From contig OZ250150.1 of NCBI GenBank assembly GCA_965237675.1, positions 608,001 to 672,000 on the forward strand: a stretch of DNA of 64,000 nt, read 5' to 3'. Every line of letters begins with the position of its first letter. Position 1 is the first letter of the stretch. Source of the stretch: Candidatus Latescibacterota bacterium (GTDB taxonomy: Bacteria > Latescibacterota > UBA2968 > GCA-2709665). The position numbers and the translations under genes are program-made. This document shows positions 9,669-19,009 of the stretch, in pieces. Under the pieces are notes generated by a model. It made no database searches. It was not told where the DNA came from and saw only the letters and a list, made by a program, of their open reading frames with translations.

Positions 9669-10415
9669 TTAGATTTTTTCCAACATCGCCCGCCTCATCA
9701 CGGCCTCTACAATGCGGGGACACCACGTACCCAGGAAGGCCGCCGCCCGATTCTTGAAACCCGGGATGATAAGGCGTTTTTTCTTTTCGATTCCTCTAAA
9801 GACCGTCTCCGCCAACGCTTCGGGTGCCATGCGTTTTTCCTCTCGCGAATTGCCCGGGCTGTACCGACGGGCATGGGCGGTGCGTGTCGGACCCGAAAAG
9901 ACCGTCATGACGTGCATGTCCCATTGAGCAAGTGCGACCGAGAGACTTCGTGAATAGGAGGCCAGCCCGCTCTTGGTTGCCGCGTACGTCGCGGCCCCCG
10001 GATAACTTACGTAGTGGGAAAGAGAGGAGACAAAAACCAGGGACGCACCCCGGGCAATGCGGTTGGTCTTCAACAACCTCGCCGTCAACACCATGGGCGC
10101 GTAAAGGTTGACGGTGATCACGCGCTCCTGCAATTCCAGGCTCACTTCGGAAAACAGCCCGACGGCATTGATGCCGGCGTTGTGAATCAACACGTCGATC
10201 GTATCCATCGTGCCCAGTTGATCGTGAACTCCTGAAATGCCCACATCGGAACTCAAATCAGCAACGATAAACCGCGCCTCCAGTTCCCGCTCCAGATTGG
10301 CCGCATCCCTCGCATCCACGTCCACACCGGTTACGGAATATCACGCTCGTACGAATCTCCGGGTCAGCGCCTCGCCAATACCATTCGCCGCGCCGGTTAT
10401 CACCGCGTGTTTCAC
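9669..10415 (-). pseudogene. SDR-family oxidoreductase with an in-frame TGA at codon 25
   Basis: GTG at 10415 overlaps the upstream stop; KHAVITGAANGIG...RRFVRA-TGA(10343-10341)-YSVTGVDVD continues in frame to HNAG and YAATK. Confidence 0.75.
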
Positions 10416-11155
10416 CGCGCACTCCATCGCATCAGGGTATCGATCGCTCCGTCGCAATACCGCCCGCAGAACCGCAACCATTTGTTTCCCAATCCGATTG
10501 TCACCACAGACCTTCGTCCATCGATCGCACGCACAATCCGCCGGGCGACCCGATCCGCCGGCGGGAACACTCTCGAATTCTCGTTGTCCCATCCTGCCTT
10601 TCGATGAATGCCCGTTTGCGTCGCCCCCGGATGTATGACCTGGACGTCCACATCGCCCTCGACGCGCAAGTTGCGCCCCAGAACATTCAGCGCCTCCTTG
10701 GTTGCCGCATACACGGCAAAATCGGGACACGGAAACGCGTGAGCGATGGAGCCAATGAGCACGTGTTTGCCGCTTGCGTTTTTCACAAACGGTACCAAAG
10801 CGTGTGTCAGGCGTAACGGCGCCAGAAGATTGACGGCTACGATCTCTCGAATGCCGGCGTCGTGCTGATTGCCGACGGAACCGTAATATCCCGTTGCCGC
10901 GTTTTGAATCGCCAGATCCAATGCATCAATTTTCCGAAATCTCAGAAATGAGCACACCTTGTCCGCGCAATCCTCCTCCGACAGATCCACTTCACAATAG
11001 GTCTCTTCGCTGTAAAGCTTGCATTCGAGCGAATCCAGCGCCAGCCTGCCCACCAGCACCAGCCGTTCTTCACGCGCGCGATAGATTTCCGCAAGAGCCC
11101 GTCCAATTCCATCCGTTGCACCTGTGATCAATACGGTCTCTCTTTCCTTTGCCAT
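10412..11155 (-). CDS. SDR-family oxidoreductase
   Basis: ITGATDGIG, QNAA and YAATK motifs. Confidence 0.9.
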   Translation of the reverse strand: MAKERETVLITGATDGIGRALAEIYRAREERLVLVGRLALDSLECKLYSEETYCEVDLSEEDCADKVCSFLRFRKIDALDLAIQNAATGYYGSVGNQHDAGIREIVAVNLLAPLRLTHALVPFVKNASGKHVLIGSIAHAFPCPDFAVYAATKEALNVLGRNLRVEGDVDVQVIHPGATQTGIHRKAGWDNENSRVFPPADRVARRIVRAIDGRRSVVTIGLGNKWLRFCGRYCDGAIDTLMRWSAR

Positions 11156-11423
11156 GACATACATATCCTTCGTCGCGTCTGTCCCCGACACCCACGCCGC
11201 CCCCACTGGGGAGTTCGGGTGGATACGCACAGCACTGTATTGACCGTCCCATCCAGGGCTTGATCTGCGACGCGTCAGATCCTATCTTTCCTCGAGCCCT
11301 GGCTCACACAATGCCGGAGGCCAAAGACAATCTTCGCGAGTTGGCCGCCAAGCCCGATACCGTTGACATCTTGTCGGTAGCGGAAACCGGTATTTTACGG
11401 GAGGCGGCCGGAGAGACGAGACA

Positions 11424-12383
11424 ATGAATGATTCGCAGATGTTGACCGAAGGAGTGTCCGACGAGCGGGCATGGCGGACGAGTAGCATCGATGATTCCGC
11501 AGCGTGGTACTATCCGTTGTCCGAGGATTATCTCTCCAGCTCTGAGCGCATCGTCCGGGATGCGCGAGTTCGTCAATTGCCCATTACGGAGATTTCCCGC
11601 CAGGGCGTATCGTTCAATTACTCCGGAGAATGCCTTCAACCGGTACGTGACGCCCTCGGAGCGGGGCGTGGATTTGCCATCGTCAATCGCATGCCGATCG
11701 AAGGGTATGTGATTGAAGAAGCGCTGTCGATGTACTGGATGATTGGCGAGAACCTTGGCACCCCCGTGGAGCAGAATATTGAGGGAACGCTATTGTACGA
11801 TGTCCGAGATACGGGCAAGAATGTGGCGCAAGGAGCCAGGTTTTCAGTGACCAATGCTGAGAGCACGTTTCACAACGACAATGCCTTCGGCGAACCGCTG
11901 CCCGACATTGTGGGACTGCTCTGCCTGCGCACGGCGAAATCCGGCGGGCAGAGTCAGCTTGTCAGCGGCTACGCTCTCCACAATGAACTCCTCGAAAATT
12001 ACGCCGATGTCCTCGAAACACTCTATCAGCTGTTCCATTTTGATCGTCGAGGACAGTTCAAGGCCGGGGACTCGCCCACGTCTCAATTCCCGATTTTTCA
12101 GTGGAGCCGGGGCGAACTGACGCTCCGATACATGTACTATTACATCCAGGTGGGTCACGAGAGGGCCGGCAAACCGCTAACCGCCGATCAGAGAAGCGCA
12201 CTGGAAGTTGTGGAACAGTTGCTTGGCTGCGCGGATTTCAGGGTGGAGTTCAGTCTACAACCCGGACAGATGCTATTTACGAACAACCGCTGGCTACTGC
12301 ACAATCGTACCGCATTTGAGGACGATGCCGACCCTGCACGTCGGCGGCATTACGTGCGACTCTGGTTGCGGCACCAAGGCTGA
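11424..12383 (+). CDS. TauD/TfdA-family Fe(II)/2-oxoglutarate dioxygenase
   Basis: FHND (HxD), GG.S.LVS, NN..LLH.RT.F and R.Y.RLWL. Confidence 0.9.
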   Translation: MNDSQMLTEGVSDERAWRTSSIDDSAAWYYPLSEDYLSSSERIVRDARVRQLPITEISRQGVSFNYSGECLQPVRDALGAGRGFAIVNRMPIEGYVIEEALSMYWMIGENLGTPVEQNIEGTLLYDVRDTGKNVAQGARFSVTNAESTFHNDNAFGEPLPDIVGLLCLRTAKSGGQSQLVSGYALHNELLENYADVLETLYQLFHFDRRGQFKAGDSPTSQFPIFQWSRGELTLRYMYYYIQVGHERAGKPLTADQRSALEVVEQLLGCADFRVEFSLQPGQMLFTNNRWLLHNRTAFEDDADPARRRHYVRLWLRHQG

Positions 12384-12440
12384 AGGATCGAAATCGCAAA
12401 AAACGGTCGCTCGTTTCTGCCGCGAATTCGCTGCTTTCGC

Positions 12441-12638
12441 AGTGTTCTGTCCCGGAAACAGATCGCCAAGATTCGGCCGACCAGAAGCAGCAAAAACAGC
12501 TGTCAGCTCTCAGCCGTCAGCTTGAATCAAAAACCCGATCAGTTGACGTCAGCGCCGTGAAGAGGCGGGACCAGAACGGGCGCAGTTAGACGGGATGAAT
12601 CGGCGGTTGAATGGTAACATATTCACGGGACGGGTCTA
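12441..12638 (+). repeat. MITE-like dispersed repeat, variant with TCAGC-rich internal module
   Basis: Left end AGTGTTCTGTCCCGGAAAC; core 12471-12584 nearly identical to 56791-56905; degenerate right end runs into the queD TAG. Confidence 0.8.
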
Positions 12639-13091
12639 ATCCACGATCTCGTAGACGCCCGAATTGTTCATGTTCTCCCGCGTTTCCACCCTGTAGACCC
12701 AGCACCGCCCATCCGTCTTCTTGCGTATCATCTGATCAGCATAATCAAACACATATTTGGAGGAGGCCTCCATCCCCACGTTGGGTATCACGCGCAAATC
12801 CACAATCTCGCGGCGGTGCATCGCTTCGAACAACTCCCGCTCCGGGTCGTCTTCATTGATAAGCATCGTGTGGTCAAACATGTGCTCCAGCCAGACCTTC
12901 AGGTCCTTGAGCTTGCCAAAGTCAACCACAAAGTGATTCTCATCCAGTTCGTCGCACGTAAAATGAAACGTAATGTCCCGGTTGTATCCGTGGATAAACT
13001 TACAGTGCCCATCGTGATGCGCCTGTCGGTGTGAACAGGGCAGATTGTGAAATGTTTTGGTGGACGAAAACCGCCCTTTTCCGCTGGCCAT
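12636..13091 (-). CDS. queD: 6-carboxytetrahydropterin synthase (PTPS family)
   Basis: C..HGY, VVDFG.LK and FDH motifs. Confidence 0.8.
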   Translation of the reverse strand: MASGKGRFSSTKTFHNLPCSHRQAHHDGHCKFIHGYNRDITFHFTCDELDENHFVVDFGKLKDLKVWLEHMFDHTMLINEDDPERELFEAMHRREIVDLRVIPNVGMEASSKYVFDYADQMIRKKTDGRCWVYRVETRENMNNSGVYEIVD

Positions 13092-13197
13092 AAACCCGTC
13101 TCTCTTCCGTGTTGATTCCTGGCGTTCACCTTAGAAAATACGGATCTCACGGTCTCTGTCAAGGCTTCTGCACTGGAATAACACAAGGAGCGCCCCG

Positions 13198-14040
13198 ATG
13201 ATAATTGACACCCATACGCATTTCTACGATCCTCGACGCCCTGAAGGGGTGCCCTGGCCGCCGCCGGACGACACCCTGCTCTACCGCAGTGTGCTTCCTG
13301 AAGATTACAAGGCCGTGGCCGTTCCGGAGGGCGTGACCGGCACCGTCGTCGTGGAAGCCAGTGAGTGGCTTGAAGACAATCGCTGGATCCTCGATCTGGC
13401 CGAAAAGGAGCCCTTCATTGTAGGCTTCATTGGCAATCTCGACCCGGAATCAAGTGCCTTTGAAAAAAACCTTGCGAGTCTGGCAGGCAACCGGCTGTTC
13501 CGCGGGATCCGCCTCCACAGGAGCGAAGTTCAAACCGTCAGCGACTCACTGTTTTCCAAACTCGAGCTACTCGAGCGGAACGACCTCTCCCTCGACCTCC
13601 TCATCGACGTCGCGCAGCTTCACTCCGCGGTCCGTATTGCCGCCCGGCTACCAGACCTGCGCATTGTACTCAACCACGTTATCCATGTCCCCATAGACGG
13701 CAAGGCGCCGAACCCCGAATGGATCGATGGCCTGCACAATGTCGCACAGTATCCGAACATCTACTGCAAGGTCTCCGGCCTCGTCGAAACCGCCCGAGCG
13801 AGACCGGCGCCTCCCGAAGTGATCTATTACGCGCCGACCCTGGACCACCTCTGGGAAATCCTGGGCGTGGACCGCCTTATCTACGCCAGCAACTGGCCCG
13901 TGTGCGAACACGGCGCCGACTACGCCACGGTACAGCGCATCCCCATGGAATACTTCAAAGCCATTGGTGAAGAAGCGGTCGAAAAGGTTTTCTGGAAGAA
14001 CGCAAAAACAGCTTACAAGTGGCCCGACCGCAAACATTAG
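13198..14040 (+). CDS. Amidohydrolase family 2 protein (L-fuconolactonase-like)
   Basis: IIDTHTHF, VLNH, CKVSGL and YASNWPV. Confidence 0.85.
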   Translation: MIIDTHTHFYDPRRPEGVPWPPPDDTLLYRSVLPEDYKAVAVPEGVTGTVVVEASEWLEDNRWILDLAEKEPFIVGFIGNLDPESSAFEKNLASLAGNRLFRGIRLHRSEVQTVSDSLFSKLELLERNDLSLDLLIDVAQLHSAVRIAARLPDLRIVLNHVIHVPIDGKAPNPEWIDGLHNVAQYPNIYCKVSGLVETARARPAPPEVIYYAPTLDHLWEILGVDRLIYASNWPVCEHGADYATVQRIPMEYFKAIGEEAVEKVFWKNAKTAYKWPDRKH

Positions 14041-14163
14041 CAATCCGCGAGGCGATCGAAACCTTCCGCCTCGACAATCACCTCGGGTTCGGAACCGACG
14101 CACCCGAGGACCGATTCCGCCAACCGGACGCTCCGAATCACGACGAACCTCTATTCACGTCCG

Positions 14164-14514
14164 TTACCGGTTAAGCATGGGCCCGAGCGGGCGGCCACCG
14201 ATCAGATGCATATGCAAGTGGTAGACCTCCTGACCACCATGGTCCCGGCAATTCACAATCAACCGGTACCCATCCTTGGCGATTCCTTCCTCTTCCGCAA
14301 GCCGCGCCGCCACCGTAAACAACCGGCCAAGCACAGCCTCATCCTCGGTCGATACATCGCACACGGTTGGAATCACCTTATTGGGTATGATTAAAATATG
14401 GGTCGGCGCCTGGGGGCTGATATCTCGAAACGCCGTCACCAGTTCATCCTGGTAGGTTATTTCCGACGGTATCTCCTTCCGGATAATCTTGCTGAAAATC
14501 GTCTCTTCCGCCAT
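14164..14514 (-). CDS. hinT: HIT-family purine nucleoside phosphoramidase
   Basis: [22 protein letters not shown]. Confidence 0.92.
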   Translation of the reverse strand: MAEETIFSKIIRKEIPSEITYQDELVTAFRDISPQAPTHILIIPNKVIPTVCDVSTEDEAVLGRLFTVAARLAEEEGIAKDGYRLIVNCRDHGGQEVYHLHMHLIGGRPLGPMLNR

Positions 14515-14624
14515 GGATTCTCCTTTCGGTAATCACGTCATTTTACTATCTTCTCTTGCCGCCGACTGCCCTCAACAAGAAAACATCCCGTCATTCGCAA
14601 ATCAAGCCCATCCTGATCTCAACC

Positions 14625-14906
14625 ATGAGAATGCACCGGAACATGCTGCAGCTCATCGACCGCCTTCTGGCCGGTACAACGAGATTCCTTCTGTGGATTT
14701 ATCGGTTGCTGGTCTCTCCTTTTTTCCAGATGGTTTTCGGCCCTGGCAGCGGGTGCCGGTTTCACCCCACCTGCTCCCGGTACGCCCGTGATTGCTTCCG
14801 GCAGCACCCCTTTCTGATCGCCCTCTTTCTATCTGTCTCGCGAATTCTCAAATGTCATCCCTACCATTCGGGCGGATATGATCCCGTCCCGCCACAAAGT
14901 CGTTAG
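14625..14906 (+). CDS. yidD: Membrane protein insertion efficiency factor
   Basis: CRFHPTCSRYA, RILKCHPYHSGGYDPVP; start uncertain. Confidence 0.9.
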   Translation: MRMHRNMLQLIDRLLAGTTRFLLWIYRLLVSPFFQMVFGPGSGCRFHPTCSRYARDCFRQHPFLIALFLSVSRILKCHPYHSGGYDPVPPQSR

Positions 14907-14918
14907 TGTTCTGTCCCG
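14904..14918 (+). repeat. Isolated terminal stub of the MITE-like repeat
   Basis: TAGTGTTCTGTCCCG; includes the yidD stop and fills most of the 18-bp yidD-lgt spacer. Confidence 0.6.
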
Positions 14919-14924
14919 ACTCCT

Positions 14925-15710
14925 ATGATCGGAATCGCCCAGATCTATTGGAATGCCGACCCCGAAATTTTCCGCATCGGCCCCGTCGTCCTGCGCTGGT
15001 ACAGCCTGTGCTTTCTGGTCAGCTTCATCCTCGGCTTCTTCATTATGCGCCGTATGTTCGGGTTCGAGGGGAAATCCGCAAAAGACCTGGACAGCCTGGT
15101 AAACCACATGGTCCTCGGCACCCTCATTGGCGCGCGCCTGGGACACTGTCTGTTTTACGACCCTGTATTTTACCTCACAAACCCGATCGAAATCTTCAAA
15201 GTCTGGCGAGGCGGCCTCGCCAGCCACGGCGCCGCCGTCGGTATCTTTACCGCCCTCTATCTGTACGCCCGAAACCGGCCGGATCAATCCTATCTCTGGA
15301 TTCTCGACCGCATTGTTGTCACGGTTGCCCTTGGCGGATTCTTCATCCGTATTGGAAACCTGTTCAATTCCGAGATCTACGGCACGCCGACCGACCTGCC
15401 CTGGGCGATCGTTTTTTCTCAAGTAGACGCCGTGCCAAGGCATCCTGCGCAACTCTACGAGTCCATCGCCTACGGGCTGATCTTCCTCCTCCTTTATGCC
15501 GTCTATGCAAAACGGCGTGCCCGGACCCCGTCGGGGTCGCTTCTCGGCCTGTTCCTCGTTACCGTCTTCTCATTCCGGGTGGTCGTTGAATTCGTCAAAG
15601 TCCGCCAGGCCGCTTACGGCCACAGCCTCCCCCTCAGCGTGGGGCAATGGCTCAGTGTCCCCCTCATCATCCTTGGCATCATCCTGCTCGTAAACGCCTC
15701 CAGAAAATGA
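14925..15710 (+). CDS. lgt: Prolipoprotein diacylglyceryl transferase
   Basis: GARLGH, GGLASHG, RIGNLFNSE and HPAQLYE. Confidence 0.96.
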   Translation: MIGIAQIYWNADPEIFRIGPVVLRWYSLCFLVSFILGFFIMRRMFGFEGKSAKDLDSLVNHMVLGTLIGARLGHCLFYDPVFYLTNPIEIFKVWRGGLASHGAAVGIFTALYLYARNRPDQSYLWILDRIVVTVALGGFFIRIGNLFNSEIYGTPTDLPWAIVFSQVDAVPRHPAQLYESIAYGLIFLLLYAVYAKRRARTPSGSLLGLFLVTVFSFRVVVEFVKVRQAAYGHSLPLSVGQWLSVPLIILGIILLVNASRK

Positions 15711-15791
15711 AGGTTCGGCCGCGTCAAGATCCGTCATAACGGGAGCGACAAACACAGCTGTCCCCAATAAACCATAGAAAGGTGAGATCCC

Positions 15792-16547
15792 ATGAACGCG
15801 TATACAGCCATTGCCGGCTCGCTGCAGAAATCCCTGAACCTTGCCCTTCCACCCATTGCCGTCTGCATCTCGGACGAAGTGCCTGAGGGCGTACCGGACT
15901 ACCCTGATCGGGCGCCGGCCGGCTGTCTGTTCTGGCAGAAGGCTGAGAATGGCCCCTTCGCCACCCAGACCTCCCACCACGAACTGTGCGCCATCGGCGT
16001 ACACACACACCAAATGGCCGACCCTTCGCCATCATACGAAGCCGAACTGGGCGACGTCTTGAAGACCATGGCGGGGATGGATTACGTGCGCGAACAAGAC
16101 GTGATGGATATCCCGGTGCTCGAGAAGAAGACAAAGCACGTTATCTACGCCCCACTGGCCAAAACGCCCCTTGAACCGACCGTGGTCCTGCTCTTCGCGC
16201 ATTCACGGCAAAGCCTGATTATCACCGAGGCCGCCCAGCAGGTCGAACCGGCCGTGCCGCCAGCAATGGGCAGGCCCGCCTGCGCCGTGGTTCCCTACGT
16301 CGTCAACACGGGCCGGGCAGCACTCAGCCTGGGCTGCTGCGGCGCCAGGGCATACCTGGATGCCCTCACGGACGACGTCGCCGTGTGGGCCCTACCTGGC
16401 GACAGGGTCGGTACGTACGCTGAACGCATCGATATTCTCTCCAGAGCAAACACGGTCCTGGGTGAATTTCATTCGCTGCGTCGAAAAGACGTCGAAGCCG
16501 GACTTGAACCCACCATTGCGGAGTCCCTTTCGAGGCTCGGAAACTGA
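15792..16547 (+). CDS. DUF169-like Cys-motif protein
   Basis: PPIAV, GC.FW, C..G, RPACA and SLGC.GAR pattern. Confidence 0.7.
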   Translation: MNAYTAIAGSLQKSLNLALPPIAVCISDEVPEGVPDYPDRAPAGCLFWQKAENGPFATQTSHHELCAIGVHTHQMADPSPSYEAELGDVLKTMAGMDYVREQDVMDIPVLEKKTKHVIYAPLAKTPLEPTVVLLFAHSRQSLIITEAAQQVEPAVPPAMGRPACAVVPYVVNTGRAALSLGCCGARAYLDALTDDVAVWALPGDRVGTYAERIDILSRANTVLGEFHSLRRKDVEAGLEPTIAESLSRLGN

Positions 16548-16685
16548 CCGCGCGAGACACGGATAACGTCCGACCGAAAGACGCTTCGACGCCGTCGAAC
16601 GAGTCCCCGTTCAACGCACACCCGACGCGTTTCCAGCCGGGCGGATCAGCCCGCTGACGTTAACCGCCGGGTGCTCATCTTTCGC

Positions 16686-16713
16686 TTGAAACAGCACCAA
16701 TCCATGGTATATT
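16686..16713 (+). promoter_or_regulatory. Putative sigma70 promoter
   Basis: TTGAAA-N16-TATATT with extended TG. Confidence 0.45.
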
Positions 16714-16764
16714 GGGAAAAATTCATCAACTGAAGATTCAACTTCTCACCCTACGGAAATACCG

Positions 16765-17487
16765 ATGCGTGCCGCCACGAATGAAGAAACTCTGGACCTC
16801 CGTGAAAAAGGCAGACCCATCAACGGACAGGTACAGGCCAGCAACCGACGGCTTTACATGCAGTTGCACGTGTTTGGAAACTGCACGCGCACGGACGTCC
16901 TCGCCGAAGCACTCCGCGAATCCGGCATCGATGCCGTCCTGTACGTCGACCTGAACGATCCATCCGGCGTCGCCATTCTCACCATCTCCGAATCTCCAGG
17001 CACCTTCGTGGCGGGCCTTCGTACATTGCTCAACAACCACCCCTTCAATGAGCTTCGACGCGATCCCGACCTCACCATGATCGGTCGAACCTACGCCCAC
17101 GGCTACGAACCCGACGTCGAAGACACGCTGCTACACAAGCCACGCCGTAAGGTCCTCAACCCGGACTGGCCCTGGGCCGTCTGGTATCCTCTGAGACGCA
17201 AACCCGAATTCGGTCTGCTCTCGGGTGATGATCTACGCAAAATTCTCGGCGAACACGCCAGAATCGGACGCGCCTACGCCGAAGCCGGTTTCGCCCAGGA
17301 CATCCGCCTTGCCTGTTATGGCATGGACCGCAACGACAACGACTTCGTCATCGGCCTGCTCGGAACCGAATTGCATCCGCTCTCCCACGTTGTCCAGGAA
17401 ATGCGAAAGACCCGGCAGACCGCACAATACGTGCAATCTCTCGGACCGTTCTTCGTTGGTAAAGCCATCTGGCAAACTCCTTTGTAA
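16765..17487 (+). CDS. Chlorite dismutase-family protein, probably coproheme decarboxylase (ChdC/HemQ-like)
   Basis: YPLRRKPEF, EHARIG, D.DFVIG, MRKT and GPFFVG. Confidence 0.75.
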   Translation: MRAATNEETLDLREKGRPINGQVQASNRRLYMQLHVFGNCTRTDVLAEALRESGIDAVLYVDLNDPSGVAILTISESPGTFVAGLRTLLNNHPFNELRRDPDLTMIGRTYAHGYEPDVEDTLLHKPRRKVLNPDWPWAVWYPLRRKPEFGLLSGDDLRKILGEHARIGRAYAEAGFAQDIRLACYGMDRNDNDFVIGLLGTELHPLSHVVQEMRKTRQTAQYVQSLGPFFVGKAIWQTPL

Positions 17488-17544
17488 AACCGGCGAAAAA
17501 CGTACGGGCGGACAACGAGGTCAATTCACCCACGTCAGGCTGAC

Positions 17545-18798
17545 ATGATTTGTAAAGTCGAAGTCCTGCGCTACCGCTGCCTGCGTTTCATCAGCCGACC
17601 GCTCGATACGTTCCACATTCTGGTTGGCCCGAATGCCAGCGGGAAAACCACCCTGCTGGATGCCATCGCGTTCCTCGGCGACCTCGTTTCCACCGGCCTG
17701 GAGGAGGCCGTGGAAAAACGCACTGCCGACCTGCGCGATCTGGTCTGGCGGCGGAATTTCGACCCGTTTGAACTCGCCATCGATCTGAGTATACCGGCGC
17801 AGAAGACAGACCTCTTCGAGAATCGGCAATACGATCGATGCCGGTACGAAATCGCCATTGGGCCGTCGACCGAAACAGGCGAGACCGCCATTCTCGCCGA
17901 ACGTGTTCTGCTTCTCCCCAACGTGTCCCACGAAGAACCCGCGTGCGAACAGCAGACACTCTTCCCAATCGACCGCCCCATGCCAAGCACGCTTGCCCTG
18001 CCCCGCCTCAGAGGCGCCAGAACCATCGTTCACAAAGTACACGGCAGCAACGACAACTTCTACTACGAAACCGGCACCGGATGGGATCACTCATTCAAGC
18101 TGGGTCCGAGGCGGTCCGCTCTGGCCAATTTGCCCGAAGACGAAACCCGTTATCCCGTTGCCACCTGGCTGAAAGGCGTACTCAACAACGGAATCCAGCG
18201 CCTGGTTCTAAACAGCGCCAGCATGCGACGTCCCAGCCCGCCCGGCCGTCCCACGGGGTTTCAGCCCGACGGTTCCAATCTTCCCTGGGTCATCTCTGCC
18301 CTGCAGACCGGAGCACCCGACCGATTCACGGCTTGGATCGCCTGCCTGCAATCCGTCCTCCCCGACCTGAGAACCATTCGCACAATCGAACGTCCTGAAG
18401 ATCGGCACTGTTATCTGGTCTTCCAGGATCGCAACGGCCTGGAAGCGCCTTCCTGGACAATTTCTGACGGCACGCTTCGCCTTCTTGCGCTTACGCTCCC
18501 GGCCTACCTGCCGGACTTTGCTGGCGCCTACCTCGTTGAAGAGCCCGAAAACGGTATACATCCACGGGCCATTGAAACGGTTTTTGGAGCGCTCTCGGCC
18601 ATAAGAAACGTCCAGGTTCTCCTAACCACGCACTCGCCCGTCATTTTGGGCCTGGCGGAAGGCAGTCAGGTCATCTGTTTCTCCAAAACCGAAACCGGCG
18701 CCACGGACCTGGTCCTCAGCACCGAAAATCCCGCGCTTCGCGAGTGGCAGGGCGAAACCGATCTGGGCTCCCTGTTTGTCGAAGGTGTGCTGGGATAG
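17545..18798 (+). CDS. ABC/AAA_21-type ATPase of the kind found in defence systems
   Basis: Walker A GPNASGKT, signature ISDGT, Walker B LVEEPENGIHP, H-loop TTHS. Confidence 0.85.
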   Translation: MICKVEVLRYRCLRFISRPLDTFHILVGPNASGKTTLLDAIAFLGDLVSTGLEEAVEKRTADLRDLVWRRNFDPFELAIDLSIPAQKTDLFENRQYDRCRYEIAIGPSTETGETAILAERVLLLPNVSHEEPACEQQTLFPIDRPMPSTLALPRLRGARTIVHKVHGSNDNFYYETGTGWDHSFKLGPRRSALANLPEDETRYPVATWLKGVLNNGIQRLVLNSASMRRPSPPGRPTGFQPDGSNLPWVISALQTGAPDRFTAWIACLQSVLPDLRTIRTIERPEDRHCYLVFQDRNGLEAPSWTISDGTLRLLALTLPAYLPDFAGAYLVEEPENGIHPRAIETVFGALSAIRNVQVLLTTHSPVILGLAEGSQVICFSKTETGATDLVLSTENPALREWQGETDLGSLFVEGVLG

Positions 18799-18850
18799 AA
18801 CCGTAAACGACGGAAATGAAGTTGCGGTACGCCGGAAATCCGGAAATTTT

Positions 18851-18962
18851 GAGATCGTGAATCGGCCGGCGTAACCGCCGACGCCGCACGGAAGACTCCG
18901 GGAGGACCATCGACGACCCGCCCGCCCGGGCGAATTATCTTCATCGCCCGGGCTATTGTTTT
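18851..18962 (+). promoter_or_regulatory. Candidate ZMP/ZTP-riboswitch-like leader with intrinsic terminator
   Basis: CCCGCCCGCCCGGGC resembles the ZTP P3 element; it overlaps the stem GCCCGGGCGA(18924-33)/TCGCCCGGGC(18944-53) followed by TATTGTTTT; directly upstream of purH; 5' part non-canonical. Confidence 0.5.
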
Positions 18963-19009
18963 CAGGTCACATCAGTTTCCGATTTCGAGCGCATTCGAGG
19001 ACATACGCC

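Noticed and set aside
11363-11396. TTGACA...TATTTT promoter for the dioxygenase gene
   Set aside because: The 22-bp spacer is too long.
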